Shown: positions 48,863 through 60,356, numbered from the stretch's first letter. The stretch: 64,000 nt of DNA from Desulfosudaceae bacterium (GCA_963674745.2 CAXXDV010000003.1:448001-512000); one strand, 5' to 3'. Notes: generated by a model not told the origin, from the sequence alone. Made by a program: numbers and translations.

Positions 48863-50293
48863 CTATTTGTTATATAAAAAAGGGTAACCAAGGATTTTAA
48901 AAGCCGTTATTGTGGTCTGGCGTAATTGAGAACCGGATTTTATCTTTTTTAACCGATTGATGATATAGCCGGGCCGAAAATAAAATCGTAAATATAATGT
49001 GGACAATTTTCGGAGCATAAGTTTTTCCGAGTCGGTGTTCGGGTTTAAGATGAATGGACAGTCGTCGGCATACCTGCTCTTTGTTACCGGTTGTGTTTCA
49101 TCATGCAGTTGGGCTCCCGGCATCACGCATGTGAGCTGGAATTGCGGGTAATCAATTTTTAATTGTTTTGCATATTTCAGTAACCTCAGATGGGCATCCG
49201 GTTTCTCGCCGGGAAGTGAAAGCATTAAACCGCCTGAAATTTCCATGCCGGCTTTTTTGGCCCATGAGGCCGCTTTGCGGGCCTGGGTCACGGTGATTCC
49301 CTTGCCGATTGCGTCCAGAACCTCCTGGTCATCGGTTTCAAAGCCAAAGGATATTTGATGGCATCCGGCCCTGGCCATCAGTTCAAGCAGATCTTTATCA
49401 ACACAATCGACCCTTGTAGAGGCCCGCCAGGTAATATCCCAGGACCGGTTAATTATTTCACGGCAGATATTTTCGACTAAATCCTGATTGCCCGAGAAAC
49501 ACTGGTCACGAAAATTGATACCGGGTATCTTGAAGCGGTTAACAACTTCATCGATTTCTGCCAGGATGTTGTCGGCACTTCGACATCGGTAAGCCCCCAG
49601 GGCATAAGTGTTCCCGTTACAAAACCGGCATTTACTGTGAGGGCATCCGCGACTGATCAGCATGGAAGTGACAGGGTTCCGGGGAGCAAAAGGTAGCGTG
49701 TAGCACTCATTACAAATCAGGTCCCGTGCAGGGAAGGGGATTCCATCAAGATCTTCAATCAGTGTGCGTTTGCCACGCTTTATGTCCCCTTTATGATCGA
49801 GATAGCTGCAATTGTCTTCCGGATTTCCGTCCATTAATCCGCGCAGCCCCCCTTCAATTTCACCCAGTATCACCAGGTCAATCGCACTGCCGGGATAAAG
49901 AACGAGATCTGGGGAAAGGGTCACATTCGGTCCTGACAGGCAGGCCTTTACATCAGTCACATGTTCTTTGACCTGTTTAATGAATTCAATATCGGTATCA
50001 AGGCTTTTCCAGCCCGTCGGGCATACGAGCCAGTCTGGATGAAATGACTTGATATTTCTGATGATCTTTTCTCGTGAAAAAGATTTCAGGTTGCCGTCTA
50101 TGAGTCGGACATCATGTCCCCGTCCGCGGACATATGATGCGCCATACATTGCATCCAGGGGTTGGAATAACAGGTGCCCCGGAACTTCTGTCCCGGTCCA
50201 GTCTCTCAAGTAATGGACCCTGACTTTACGCCTGAAGGGGGAGTCCGGCCGGATAATTCTATAGCTGTCTGGTATTATGAATAAAAATTTCAA
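48863..50293 (-). CDS. B12-binding radical SAM protein with CX4CX2C motif
   Basis: QPLD, SGP, LGEIE, FPARDL, SRGCPHSKCRFC, SFGFET, LPGE. Confidence 0.88.
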   Translation of the reverse strand: MKFLFIIPDSYRIIRPDSPFRRKVRVHYLRDWTGTEVPGHLLFQPLDAMYGASYVRGRGHDVRLIDGNLKSFSREKIIRNIKSFHPDWLVCPTGWKSLDTDIEFIKQVKEHVTDVKACLSGPNVTLSPDLVLYPGSAIDLVILGEIEGGLRGLMDGNPEDNCSYLDHKGDIKRGKRTLIEDLDGIPFPARDLICNECYTLPFAPRNPVTSMLISRGCPHSKCRFCNGNTYALGAYRCRSADNILAEIDEVVNRFKIPGINFRDQCFSGNQDLVENICREIINRSWDITWRASTRVDCVDKDLLELMARAGCHQISFGFETDDQEVLDAIGKGITVTQARKAASWAKKAGMEISGGLMLSLPGEKPDAHLRLLKYAKQLKIDYPQFQLTCVMPGAQLHDETQPVTKSRYADDCPFILNPNTDSEKLMLRKLSTLYLRFYFRPGYIINRLKKIKSGSQLRQTTITAFKILGYPFLYNK

Positions 50294-50397
50294 TATTTTG
50301 TCGCTTTTATCGCCGTGGATAAGTCGTGTATATGTTCGTGTTTTTAATTAACATAACAAATAAAGGCCTGTATGTGATATATATCCTATTTTTAAGG

Positions 50398-51819
50398 TTA
50401 TCTTCTTAGATTCGTGGCCAATTCTGACAAAAGAAAGCGCATCCCGCGCAAGATTTCTTTCATCGGCAATGAACGCTGCCGTATCTGTTGGATTACAAAA
50501 CTCGGCCGGGCGTAAAACCATATCATCCCCAACGTCTGCAAATGCGAAAGTGTTTTTTCAGAAAGTGCGCCGGGAATGGTTGTCAGGGGCGGGGCGCCCT
50601 TAACGGGATGATACCAACTGCTGTAGGTTTCCGGGTGAAAATCTCGCAATAGTTGCTTTTTATACTGGTTAAAAAGTTGTGAACCCGGAAAAGGGATGGC
50701 AATGTTAAACTTGACCATGTCGCATTTTATTTTCCGGGCGAACTTAAATGTTTTAATGATTTCTGGTATCCCTTCGCCAGGCAAACCGATCATGAACAGA
50801 CCAAGGGTACGAATGCCTGCTTTACGGGTAATCGCCATAGCCCGTATCCCGTCTTCTAGGGTCGTCCGTTTCCCCAGGCTTTCCAGGATTTCTGGATCAC
50901 CCACCTCAAACCCAAATTGAATATGATGGCAGCCCGCTTCTTTCATGGTCCGCAAAATCTCTTCATCAACCATATTGACTTTAATTTCGCAACCCCATTT
51001 TATTTTTGGCCAATGCCTGGAGCTGCGAAATGCTTTGCAGAAATCCATTCCATATTGTTTGCTGGGAGGAAAGTTGGCATCTGCAAATATAAAACAGTTA
51101 ATCGCATAACGGTCTGCCAGCAGGTCAATTTCTTTCATGACGCTTGGAATGGATCGTATCACCACTTTTGAGTAAAAGCACTCCTGACCGCAGAAAATAC
51201 ACCGCTCCGGGCAGCCTCTGGAAGCCTGGATGCCAAGTGCTCTGCCATAAAATTGAATAAGCGGGAAAGAAGCGTATTGGTTTAGATCCAAAATGTGCCA
51301 GGCTGGATAAGGAAGGGCATCTAAATCCCGGTTTTGGGGGCGCTCTTTCGTTTTTATTATGTTACCCGCAGGGTCCCGAAAAGCCAGACCGGCAATATCA
51401 TTTAAAGGCAATTTGTTTGCCAGAGCATCCATCAGCTGCTCAACTGTCTCCTCCCCCTCACCCAAAACCACGATGTCTGCCAGTCCATCCGTTAGAATAG
51501 ATTCATAAAAAATGGAGGGATGAACACCGCCAAGCACTATGGTTCCGGAAAAGCCTTTCAGTTTCAACAAGTTGCATATTTCAGCAACGTTGGGCATGGT
51601 AGGCGTAAGAGCCCCGATCCCCACCACATCAGGATTGAAGCATAGAATATTTTCCACAAGACGTTGATTTGATCGTCTGGTGGCAAATTGATCTTCCGCT
51701 TTTACAATGTGTCCGGCCGCTTCCATTACGGCCCCGATATAGGCCAGGCCCTGTGGTGGAATCGGCATAAGCAGAGGGTGCCGTTGCGGATAATCAGGAT
51801 TAATAAGAAAACATTTCAT
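50398..51819 (-). CDS. B12-binding radical SAM protein (start 51819 or 51849)
   Basis: LINP, PPQGLAYIGA, GGVHPS, GEGE, SRGCPERCIFC, GLPGE, PFPGS. Confidence 0.92.
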   Translation of the reverse strand: MKCFLINPDYPQRHPLLMPIPPQGLAYIGAVMEAAGHIVKAEDQFATRRSNQRLVENILCFNPDVVGIGALTPTMPNVAEICNLLKLKGFSGTIVLGGVHPSIFYESILTDGLADIVVLGEGEETVEQLMDALANKLPLNDIAGLAFRDPAGNIIKTKERPQNRDLDALPYPAWHILDLNQYASFPLIQFYGRALGIQASRGCPERCIFCGQECFYSKVVIRSIPSVMKEIDLLADRYAINCFIFADANFPPSKQYGMDFCKAFRSSRHWPKIKWGCEIKVNMVDEEILRTMKEAGCHHIQFGFEVGDPEILESLGKRTTLEDGIRAMAITRKAGIRTLGLFMIGLPGEGIPEIIKTFKFARKIKCDMVKFNIAIPFPGSQLFNQYKKQLLRDFHPETYSSWYHPVKGAPPLTTIPGALSEKTLSHLQTLGMIWFYARPSFVIQQIRQRSLPMKEILRGMRFLLSELATNLRR

Positions 51820-51832
51820 TGTTTTTGAAAGA

Positions 51833-53284
51833 CTAATGTTTTTTACCATTGATTAAATAGTTTTTTATGGTAATGCCACCACCCAACAGCATATTTCCGG
51901 GTGACACATTACCTTTAATAAAATGACGTAATATCAGTTTTGGCCGGATGTAAAAACGGAAAAAAGCTTTTTTTTGCCAGTGCTCAAGCTGTCGTGAAGA
52001 CATCCCGTCGGGCGTATAAACAAGATCATGTGCTTCAGCATTTTTTTGATAGTTTGCAGAAAAATTTTCCCAGGCAGGGATTGTCTTGTTTCTGAATACG
52101 TCTTGAAAAAACTGTGAGCCTGGATAAGGTACGGCTATGTTAAACTTGGCAAAATCCAGCCCGGAACGTTTCGCGTAATCAATCGTTTTTATAATGCTTT
52201 GTTCTGTCTCTCCGGGCAATCCCAGCATGAACAGGCCCAGGCTCAGGACCTTCTCGGTCTTGGCAGCTGATACCGCCTTTTTACCGTCAGCCAGCTTTAA
52301 TCCCGGTTTCATTCGGGTGAGCAAATCCTGATCACCACTTTCCAGTCCGAAAATCAACATGTAAAGGCCTGCCTTTTTCATCATCCGAATAAGCGGACGG
52401 TCTATCAGATCGGCCCTTGTTTCTGTTATCCATCTTATCTTATTGTGAAGGCCCTTTTTGGTTATCTCTCGGCAAAAAGTTTCTGCATCTTGGGTGGTTA
52501 AAGGGAAGATGGCATCGGCAAACCAGAACATATTTATACCTGTTTTATTGTAAATAGATGCAACCTCGTCAGCCACCAGGGCAGGGTTCCGCTTTCGAAT
52601 TTTTGGGCTCATTACGTTCTGAGCGCAAAAATAACATCGAAAAGGGCATCCCCTTGAGGCCAGAAGGGGGAGCAGCCGTTTGTTAAAGGAGAACATGGGC
52701 GGGGTTTTGTATTGATCTATGTCTACCAGGTGCCATGCCGGCAGCGGCAGGTCATCCAGATTGCGCACAAGATCCCGATCGGAATTTTCTATTATTTGAT
52801 CCTGATCAAGATATGAAATTCCCCGGATGTTTGCAAGATCCCCCTGGCCGGCCAGGCAGTCAGCAAGCTCGCCAACAGTTTCCTCGGCCTCGCCACGGAC
52901 GATGATATCTCCGAGTCCGTTTTTTAACAGCTGCTTTGCGAACAATGTGGGGTGAATATTGCCAAGGACAATTTTGGTGTAAGGGCTGTTATTTCGAATT
53001 AGTCTGGAAAGATGGGGTAGAATACCCATTACAGGCGTCAGGCAGGATATGCCCACAACGGCCGGATTCTTGAGGCGAAGGATGTCAACAAAAGGCACTC
53101 GGTTTTTGACAAAATCATCATAAATCGATACGTCAAACCCCTTTTTTCCCAACACAGCGGCAAGATAGGCCAGGCCCATGGGAGCAAATGGCACCATCAG
53201 CGGATCATAATCACCCAGAACATTATATTTTGGCCGGGGGTTGAGGAATAACCAGTCCAGAGGCTTATTATTTATACTTGTCAT
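51833..53284 (-). CDS. B12-binding radical SAM protein
   Basis: PMGLAYLAA, GNIHPT, RGEAE, SRGCPFRCYFC, GLESG, GLPGET, PYPGS. Confidence 0.92.
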   Translation of the reverse strand: MTSINNKPLDWLFLNPRPKYNVLGDYDPLMVPFAPMGLAYLAAVLGKKGFDVSIYDDFVKNRVPFVDILRLKNPAVVGISCLTPVMGILPHLSRLIRNNSPYTKIVLGNIHPTLFAKQLLKNGLGDIIVRGEAEETVGELADCLAGQGDLANIRGISYLDQDQIIENSDRDLVRNLDDLPLPAWHLVDIDQYKTPPMFSFNKRLLPLLASRGCPFRCYFCAQNVMSPKIRKRNPALVADEVASIYNKTGINMFWFADAIFPLTTQDAETFCREITKKGLHNKIRWITETRADLIDRPLIRMMKKAGLYMLIFGLESGDQDLLTRMKPGLKLADGKKAVSAAKTEKVLSLGLFMLGLPGETEQSIIKTIDYAKRSGLDFAKFNIAVPYPGSQFFQDVFRNKTIPAWENFSANYQKNAEAHDLVYTPDGMSSRQLEHWQKKAFFRFYIRPKLILRHFIKGNVSPGNMLLGGGITIKNYLINGKKH

Positions 53285-53593
53285 CAGGAAATATTTATCG
53301 CAAAACCGGAAATGTAAATTCCAGCCTGAATAAGTTGAACATTGTCTCCGCAAGCTATAGAATCATTTATTTCAGGAATCGTTCTAAATAATTAAAAAAT
53401 AACTGATATTTATGTTGAATCCATCGCTTTTGTGATGCATTATAAAAAACTTATATTGGTAGAAAAAACGGAATTAAAGTTTCACATTAACAAATTTTGA
53501 CCATATGCCATAAAAGCTGGTTTCGTCAATGGTTTAAAAATAAAGGCGATAGAGTTGAATGGTGCGGCCGGAACAGCAGAAAGGCACTGAAGA

Positions 53594-55198
53594 ATGACTC
53601 CGGATTCTGATACATGTTTTCAAAACCCCATCATCAATAAAGAGAAGATTAAAATTATGTTCCTGCGTTCACCCAGGAGCATGTGGCCAATAATTAACGA
53701 GCAGGACAATTTTTTGCTGCCGCTGGCCTACCCTACACTGGCAGCATATCTGAAAAAATATTTTCCTGGAATAGAAATTGAGATTGTTGACACCATGGCC
53801 ATGAAAATGGGTTGGCGGTCTCTTGAAAAGTGCCTTGCTGAAACGCAACCGGATATTGTGGCGATCGGCGAGAAAACCATTTATTATAAAGAAGGATTCA
53901 GGGCGTTTGAACTCGCCCGGAAAGTTTTGCCCAATGTCGTTAATATTGCCGGGGGTGTTTTTTTTACCGCTATGCCCAAGTGGACGCTGGAAAACTGTCC
54001 GGCCATCGATTTTGTCGTGCTCTATGAAGGTGAAGAGACACTCCGTGATTTGATTACCACCCTGCGGGATGGGCGGCTGGTTGAGAGTGTAAAGGGAATT
54101 GTCTATAGGGACACAGGTAATAATCCACAATTTACGCCGGAGCGACCCTTAATTGAAAATCTGGATGACCTGCCCATGCCGGCCTATGACATTGCCGGTC
54201 TTGATCAATATCAACCTTTTGGTCACCTCTGGCCCAAGGCCATTACCGTTCAACGTTCAAGAGGGTGTACCCGCAGCTGTCGTTTTTGCAGTTGGCGCCA
54301 GCAGGAGGGGCGGCCGGAGTTGGCCGGTGATAAATATATCAGTCATCAGGCCTACCGTACAAAAAGTCCGGAAAGAATGGCGGACGAGATAGAGTGGCTT
54401 TATCGGGATTTTGGCATCAGGTATCTTTTCTGGGTTGATGCCACCTGGAACCTTGACAATGACTGGTTGATGGCTTTCTGTGAAGAGATTTTCAGGCGGA
54501 AAATCGAGTTGGATGGATGGTGGGCCTTTGTCCGGGCAGATGAATTAATCCACAACGAAGAGGGCGGCGTACTAAGTGCCATGGTGAAAGCGGGTTTGCG
54601 TCATGTCCTGGTAGGTGCCGAGCATGATTCCCAGGAGGTCCTTGACTCTCTTAACAAGGGAGTCAGAAATTATGATATTACTAAGCAGGCGTTTCGTATG
54701 CTGAGTAAACAATATCCCCAGGTGTTCAGGCAGGCCACCTATATTACGGGACTTCCCCAGGATACGGTTGAGTCTATAAAAGGACTGGTCAAACACGCCC
54801 ATGATTGTGACCTTGACTTTGCTGCTTTTCATCCGGTAGCACCTTTCCCCGGCACCGAAATGTATGAACTCGGAAGGCGCGAAAACCTTTTGGAAGAATT
54901 TGACTATTCAAAATATGATATGTTTTATCCCGCCATGAGAACTCACCATATCTCCCGGGAGGAGGTCGCTGCGGCAACGCAGTGGTGTTATAGGAATTTT
55001 GTTCAGAAAAAACCCTTCAAATATTTCCGGCGCATGTTCTCCCCATACCCGATACGAAGAGACCTGCATCGCTGGTTCGCATTTGCAGTTGCCCGTGTGA
55101 TGTTGAAAGACTTAAAAAACAGTTTGATCCATAAGACACAATTCAAAGGTTTTTCAGGAATTGATACATTGCAAAAACCCCATTGGTATGAAGAATGA
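53594..55198 (+). CDS. B12-binding radical SAM protein (BchE-like architecture)
   Basis: LPLAYPTLAAYL, AGGVFFT, YEGE, SRGCTRSCRFC, GLPQDT, PFPGT. Confidence 0.9.
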   Translation: MTPDSDTCFQNPIINKEKIKIMFLRSPRSMWPIINEQDNFLLPLAYPTLAAYLKKYFPGIEIEIVDTMAMKMGWRSLEKCLAETQPDIVAIGEKTIYYKEGFRAFELARKVLPNVVNIAGGVFFTAMPKWTLENCPAIDFVVLYEGEETLRDLITTLRDGRLVESVKGIVYRDTGNNPQFTPERPLIENLDDLPMPAYDIAGLDQYQPFGHLWPKAITVQRSRGCTRSCRFCSWRQQEGRPELAGDKYISHQAYRTKSPERMADEIEWLYRDFGIRYLFWVDATWNLDNDWLMAFCEEIFRRKIELDGWWAFVRADELIHNEEGGVLSAMVKAGLRHVLVGAEHDSQEVLDSLNKGVRNYDITKQAFRMLSKQYPQVFRQATYITGLPQDTVESIKGLVKHAHDCDLDFAAFHPVAPFPGTEMYELGRRENLLEEFDYSKYDMFYPAMRTHHISREEVAAATQWCYRNFVQKKPFKYFRRMFSPYPIRRDLHRWFAFAVARVMLKDLKNSLIHKTQFKGFSGIDTLQKPHWYEE

Positions 55199-55295
55199 AC
55201 TTATTTGATTACTCTTATAGCCCTTATTTTCGGTTATAGGAATCCGGGTATTGTTTGATAAACAAAAATATCCAAGTAAGAAAACTCATATCCCA

Positions 55296-57806
55296 ATGAA
55301 TAAAATTTCGGAAGCTGATAAGCAGCCTTACCTTTTCCACCCCCATGCTGTCGAAAAATACCTTTTCCTCCTGATCATATCCATAGAGGCCTTGATTTTT
55401 ATCTACCTCACCTTCGCACACAGGTTAGTGGCCGGACATGACGGTTTTCATGCCTTTACCATGTTGTATAGTATTTTTAACCAGGTAGCCAATTATGGTG
55501 AAATTCCCCAGTGGTCACCTTTTATGATGCATGGCACAATCTTTATTTTTACCTATGTCATCGCAGGCGGAATTCTAGAAAAAGTGCTGCTTTTGTTAGG
55601 AGGTGCTTTACAGTCCTTTAACTTTTTAACACTTTTCCATGTATCATTGTTTTTTGATGAGTTGGTTCTGATTGTGGGCGTCTGGCTTCTGGCAAGACGA
55701 TTTTTTGTATCGCCGTTTACGCGTTTTTTTGTTGCCTTGTCAATAATGGGGTCCTGCATCTGGTTTCTACAGCCGCTTTACAATTTTTATATTTATTATT
55801 CCATTCCTTTAATTCTGCACTTTATTCATCAGTTTTTCGATAGTGGTAAAAACCGATATTTGTTTCTGGGTGGCAATTTATTGTTGATGCAATCTTTTGG
55901 TAACCTGCCACATTTTCTTCCCATTATATCTTTAATCATTTTTTTGTATTTTCTTTTCTATTCCATATGTAACCAGGCGGACATGTGGAAAAATGTAAAA
56001 AAAATTAGATTTAACGGCTCTTTTGTCATTATTTCCGTCTGCGTCATCTTATCGTTTGTCATTGTAATTTTCTTTATGAAGTTCGGTACAACTCAAATGG
56101 CCTCGTATTCTTTGAGAAAACCGGACGGCTCTGTATCATTAAGTCAGTTTTTAACCTATGGCGGCCCGTTCAAGTGGGAGATATGGTTGGAATCTCTCCT
56201 CGGGGTGTCTCCCTGCGTGGATTACACCCTGTATAGCGGCATTCTCTGTGTCCCTTTAATTTTTCTGGGATTGATTTTGAATACCAATAAACAGAATGTC
56301 CATTTTTTTTTAACAGCCATTGTTCTGCTTTTATTCAGTATGGGCTCTTTTGTCAGTGTTTTTTTCTATCATTGCTGGCCGATGATGAAATATTATCGGC
56401 ATATTGTGTCCATTTCTCCCATCATTAAGGTTTTTCTATGCTTTTTGGCGGGAATTGGATTGGAAAGCTTTTTAGTCCGAAACCCCTTTTGTGAAAAGCC
56501 GCTTCGCGCAAAAATGGCTGTCCCGGCCATGGTTCTGTTTCTGATCGTCTGCGCTTTATTTACACTTTACTTTTCCGGAGAATCCTTTATCCCCGTAAAT
56601 TTTTTCAAAAGTATTGTACCGCATATGTCGGCTTTAGATCTTATCCAGATCATGGTTCCAAAATATCTGCCCAAATTTTTAATATTATTTAACAAGGGGC
56701 TATTATGTTCTCTGATGACTCGTACCGCTTTTTTTGCTTTAAGTGGTTCATTTGTTTTGCTTTTTGCGTATTTTGTTTTTGAAAAAAATATTAAAATTCA
56801 TTATTGGGTAATTTTACTTTTAGCGGTTCATTCGGTTGATCTTTATTCGTTCAAATTTTTTGAAATCCAATTGAAGACAGTCCCTTTAAATGAAGAGGTA
56901 TACAGTATCGCCGGTTTTCAGAAGATGCCATACGTCAAGCGAAGAGATTTGACTTTTTGGGATAATAATCCAAGAGCAGAGATGCTTCGAGCCTTGCCGG
57001 TGGTCACTGATAGCGGTTCTTTTTATTCGCCTGTTCACGCCTTTTTATTTAAAGACCAGTTGGGAAATCCCTTCCGGACGGATTTCTGGATGTTGCCACT
57101 GGACAACTATATGAGGGCTTACTGGGGGCAGGATATAAATGATTTAACCATTAAACCCAAAGGCCTTGTTCATCGTTCTGAAACAGAGTACCCCAGGTTT
57201 GACTTTCCCGATAAACACCCGGCCATTTTGAAAATTTCCGGAATAACTGAGGATAAAATTCAGTTTTTTTCCCAAGCTGTTTTTTTGTCGTCAGCCGATG
57301 ACATCGTGTCAAAGATCACCGATCCGGATTATACAGGTGATATTCTTTTTCTCACACCCCTGGAAAGGTCAGGGCAAAACAATTCAGCTGCTTCTTTCAC
57401 GCATAGCGGATATGACCTCTCTGCCAATAAACGACTCCATTTTGCCTATCAGATAGACCGATTTGATTGCAATCATATCGTGGTTTCTACCGATGTCGGG
57501 GATGCTGTTTCAGCCTGGCTGTTATACAGTGACGCCTGGCATCCGCTTTGGAGAGCGACCGTCAATGGAAAAAACACGCCGGTATATAAAGCCAATCTGG
57601 CTTATAAGGCCGTAAAACTCGATAAAGGGTTTAATGAAGTCCATTTTTATTTTAAATCCGGATTTATTAATTTTTTTCATTATGTCATTGGCATAAATTC
57701 ATTATTTTGGCTGATTGCTTTAATTTATTTGGTAGGAAAGATTGCCATCGTGCCCACCGGTTTTGATCGGAAATGCAGTGAGATCTGCAGCACGTCTCCG
57801 AATTGA
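55296..57806 (+). CDS. YfhO-like GT-C membrane protein, paralogue 1 (alternative start 55251)
   Basis: GHDG loop, GEIPQWSP..HG, many TMs, YSDAWHPLWRATVNGK..ANLAYKAV.L.KG.N.VHF, terminal TM. Confidence 0.8.
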   Translation: MNKISEADKQPYLFHPHAVEKYLFLLIISIEALIFIYLTFAHRLVAGHDGFHAFTMLYSIFNQVANYGEIPQWSPFMMHGTIFIFTYVIAGGILEKVLLLLGGALQSFNFLTLFHVSLFFDELVLIVGVWLLARRFFVSPFTRFFVALSIMGSCIWFLQPLYNFYIYYSIPLILHFIHQFFDSGKNRYLFLGGNLLLMQSFGNLPHFLPIISLIIFLYFLFYSICNQADMWKNVKKIRFNGSFVIISVCVILSFVIVIFFMKFGTTQMASYSLRKPDGSVSLSQFLTYGGPFKWEIWLESLLGVSPCVDYTLYSGILCVPLIFLGLILNTNKQNVHFFLTAIVLLLFSMGSFVSVFFYHCWPMMKYYRHIVSISPIIKVFLCFLAGIGLESFLVRNPFCEKPLRAKMAVPAMVLFLIVCALFTLYFSGESFIPVNFFKSIVPHMSALDLIQIMVPKYLPKFLILFNKGLLCSLMTRTAFFALSGSFVLLFAYFVFEKNIKIHYWVILLLAVHSVDLYSFKFFEIQLKTVPLNEEVYSIAGFQKMPYVKRRDLTFWDNNPRAEMLRALPVVTDSGSFYSPVHAFLFKDQLGNPFRTDFWMLPLDNYMRAYWGQDINDLTIKPKGLVHRSETEYPRFDFPDKHPAILKISGITEDKIQFFSQAVFLSSADDIVSKITDPDYTGDILFLTPLERSGQNNSAASFTHSGYDLSANKRLHFAYQIDRFDCNHIVVSTDVGDAVSAWLLYSDAWHPLWRATVNGKNTPVYKANLAYKAVKLDKGFNEVHFYFKSGFINFFHYVIGINSLFWLIALIYLVGKIAIVPTGFDRKCSEICSTSPN

Positions 57807-57849
57807 ACGAAGGCGGTATAGGAATTCGTTTACGGTTGACCCATTACAT

Positions 57850-60356
57850 ATGAATAACCTGGAAAAAACAAATAAATTATCACTGGATTTTGAGCCCACG
57901 CGTTCACGCGCCGTCGAAAGCTGTTTTTTTTTTACTGATTACTCTTTTTGAGGCCGTCATATTTTTTTATCTGATGCGCGGACATCGGATAGTCAGTGGA
58001 CACGATGGCTTTGAATATTTTTATCTCCAATATTATTTTCTAAACAATGCTGTCAGTTGTGGTGAGGTCCCTTTGTGGATCCCTTATATATTGCATGGGA
58101 TTGTTGGAACCTGGTGGTACGTGATACAAGGCGGCCTGTTACAAAACATATTAGTCATATCCGGAAAACTGATCAGTGGTATTAACTTTCTACCCTTATT
58201 TTATGTGGGCATCTTTATTGATGAATTGCTGTTGCTGGTGGGGGTGTGGCTCCTGGGAAGACGTTTTTTTGTTTCAACCTATACCGTTCTCTTTGTCGCA
58301 CTGGCTATCATGGGGTCGTGTATCTGGGTGCTTCAACCCTGGTGGAATTTTCATCTATACTATGCCGTGCCATTGATCCTGTATTTTATTCATGAATTTA
58401 TTGATAGTGGTAAATGGCGGCATTTGTTCCTGGGCGGTAACCTGTTACTTATTCAGTCATTGGGGAATCTCCCATATTTTCTGCCTCTCATTTCCTTGAC
58501 GATCTTTTTATATTTTCTGTTTTACCTGGGACTCACATTTAAGGAAACCTTTTGGAAAATCAGGGCTCTTCGTTTCGGGTGGCCATCTTTTCTTGTGATG
58601 ACGGCCTTGGCGGGTCTGTTTTTCTGTTTATATTTTGTGATGCGTTTTGGCACGGACCAGTTAGTAAACTATAGTCATAGAGCTCCGGATGGTGGTGCGT
58701 CATTAAATCTGTTTTTATCATATGGCGGAAAAATATGCTGGAAAGCCTGGCTTGAGCTACTGCTAGGGATATCCTTTGGCCTGGATTACACATTATATAT
58801 TGGCGTTATTTGTTTTCCGTTTATCGTTTTTGGGCTCTTGTTCAATCAAAATAAAACCAATATGCATTTTTTGTTTATGGTCATTATTCTTTTACTTTTC
58901 AGCATGGGAACGATAGTCAGCGTTTTCTTTTATTACTGCTGGCCAATGATGAATTTTTTTCGGCATTTAGCACTGATTTCGCCATTGATTAAAGTTTTTA
59001 TTTGCTTTGTGGCGGGCTTTGGCTTCGACGCGATATTTTACAAGAAACCTAATCGCAAAAAGTCAATTGGAGAAAAAGCTTCGTTGATTGGTATGTCCCT
59101 ATTTATGTTTGGCGTTTCTGCAAGCCTATGGCTCCTGTCAATAAATTACCCCGATAATTATCATTTTTTTGTTAAGCTCGTCGAATATATGATACCACGA
59201 CAACTCCCCGTAAATAATGAATTGTTTGATAGGGATCTGATTCCGATGCTGCTGATGCGAACTTCTTTTTTTGCGATGGCGGCTTCTATTTTGTTGGTCA
59301 GTATCTTTTTGATTAAAAGAGAAAAATATCTTACACCTTTTATTGTCATCTTATTGATTTTGCATGGAGGAGATATTTATGGGTTCAAATTTTTAGAAGT
59401 ATCTCAAAAGTCAGTCCCTTTAACTGATAAGTTGTATAAGATAATTAATTTTCAAGCCATGCCGTATTCCAGAAATCGCGATACCTCTTTTGAAACCAAC
59501 AATTCAAGAGCTGAATTATTGAAGAGTTTACCCTTTTTGGCGCCCGGTGTTCTGAATTTTTCAACACATGCTTTTTTGTTTAAAGATGAACTTGGAAATT
59601 CGTTAAGGATAAACTTCGGTCTTTATCCGTTAGATCAATATATGAGGGCCTATTGGGGGCAACCTATCCATGATTTATCTGTTAAACTTCGAGGACTTGT
59701 TTATCCTTCAATGTTTGTGCTTCCCAGGCTTGAGTTTCCTCGGGAGCATCCGGCGGCACTAAAGATTTCCGGTGTTACCGAGGATAAAATTCAGTTTTTT
59801 CAAGAGGCGGAAATTGTGCCGTCAGACGATTTGATCGCTTCATATATTACCGATCCCAATTATAAGGGCGATATGATTTTTTTATCTCCTCAAAAGGAGA
59901 TTAAATCCGGAATTCCTGTCAGTATTTCCCCCCTTTCCGGAAATGCGCTTACCAAGAACAATCGTCTACACCTTCCGTATCAGATATTGAAATTTGATTC
60001 GAATGATCTGACCATCACAATTCAGAACAATGAGGCTAAGCCGGCATGGTTGTTATACAGCGATGTCTGGCATCCATTTTGGAGAGTGACTGTTAATGGA
60101 CAGAAAACAAAGGTTTACAAGGCAAACCTGGCTTATAAAGTCGTCAAATTGAGTAAAGGCTTTAATAAAGTCCATTTTTATTATAAATCTCAACTATTTT
60201 CTGCGCTATCCGTCATTTTTTGGAATAAATTCCTTCTTCTGGCTGATGTTGATTCTTGTCATGTCGGGAAAAATTTTATTTTGCCCGGATATGTCACGAA
60301 ATGGTTCAGGCGCGGCTAAAAACTGTGGTTGGCAGGCTACAGCCAATATGCCATGA
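57850..60356 (+). CDS. YfhO-like GT-C membrane protein, paralogue 2, with two poly-T frameshifts (track ORF 57890-60319)
   Basis: Same motifs as its neighbours; termini align with the paralogues only after removing one T from T10 (57924-57933) and one from T6 (60216-60221). Confidence 0.75.

Noticed and set aside
43818..55198. RiPP, hopanoid or bacteriochlorophyll cluster as explanation for the radical SAM array
   Set aside because: No convincing precursor peptide, RRE, peptidase, squalene-hopene cyclase or bch genes seen; a distant precursor or a lipid substrate cannot be excluded
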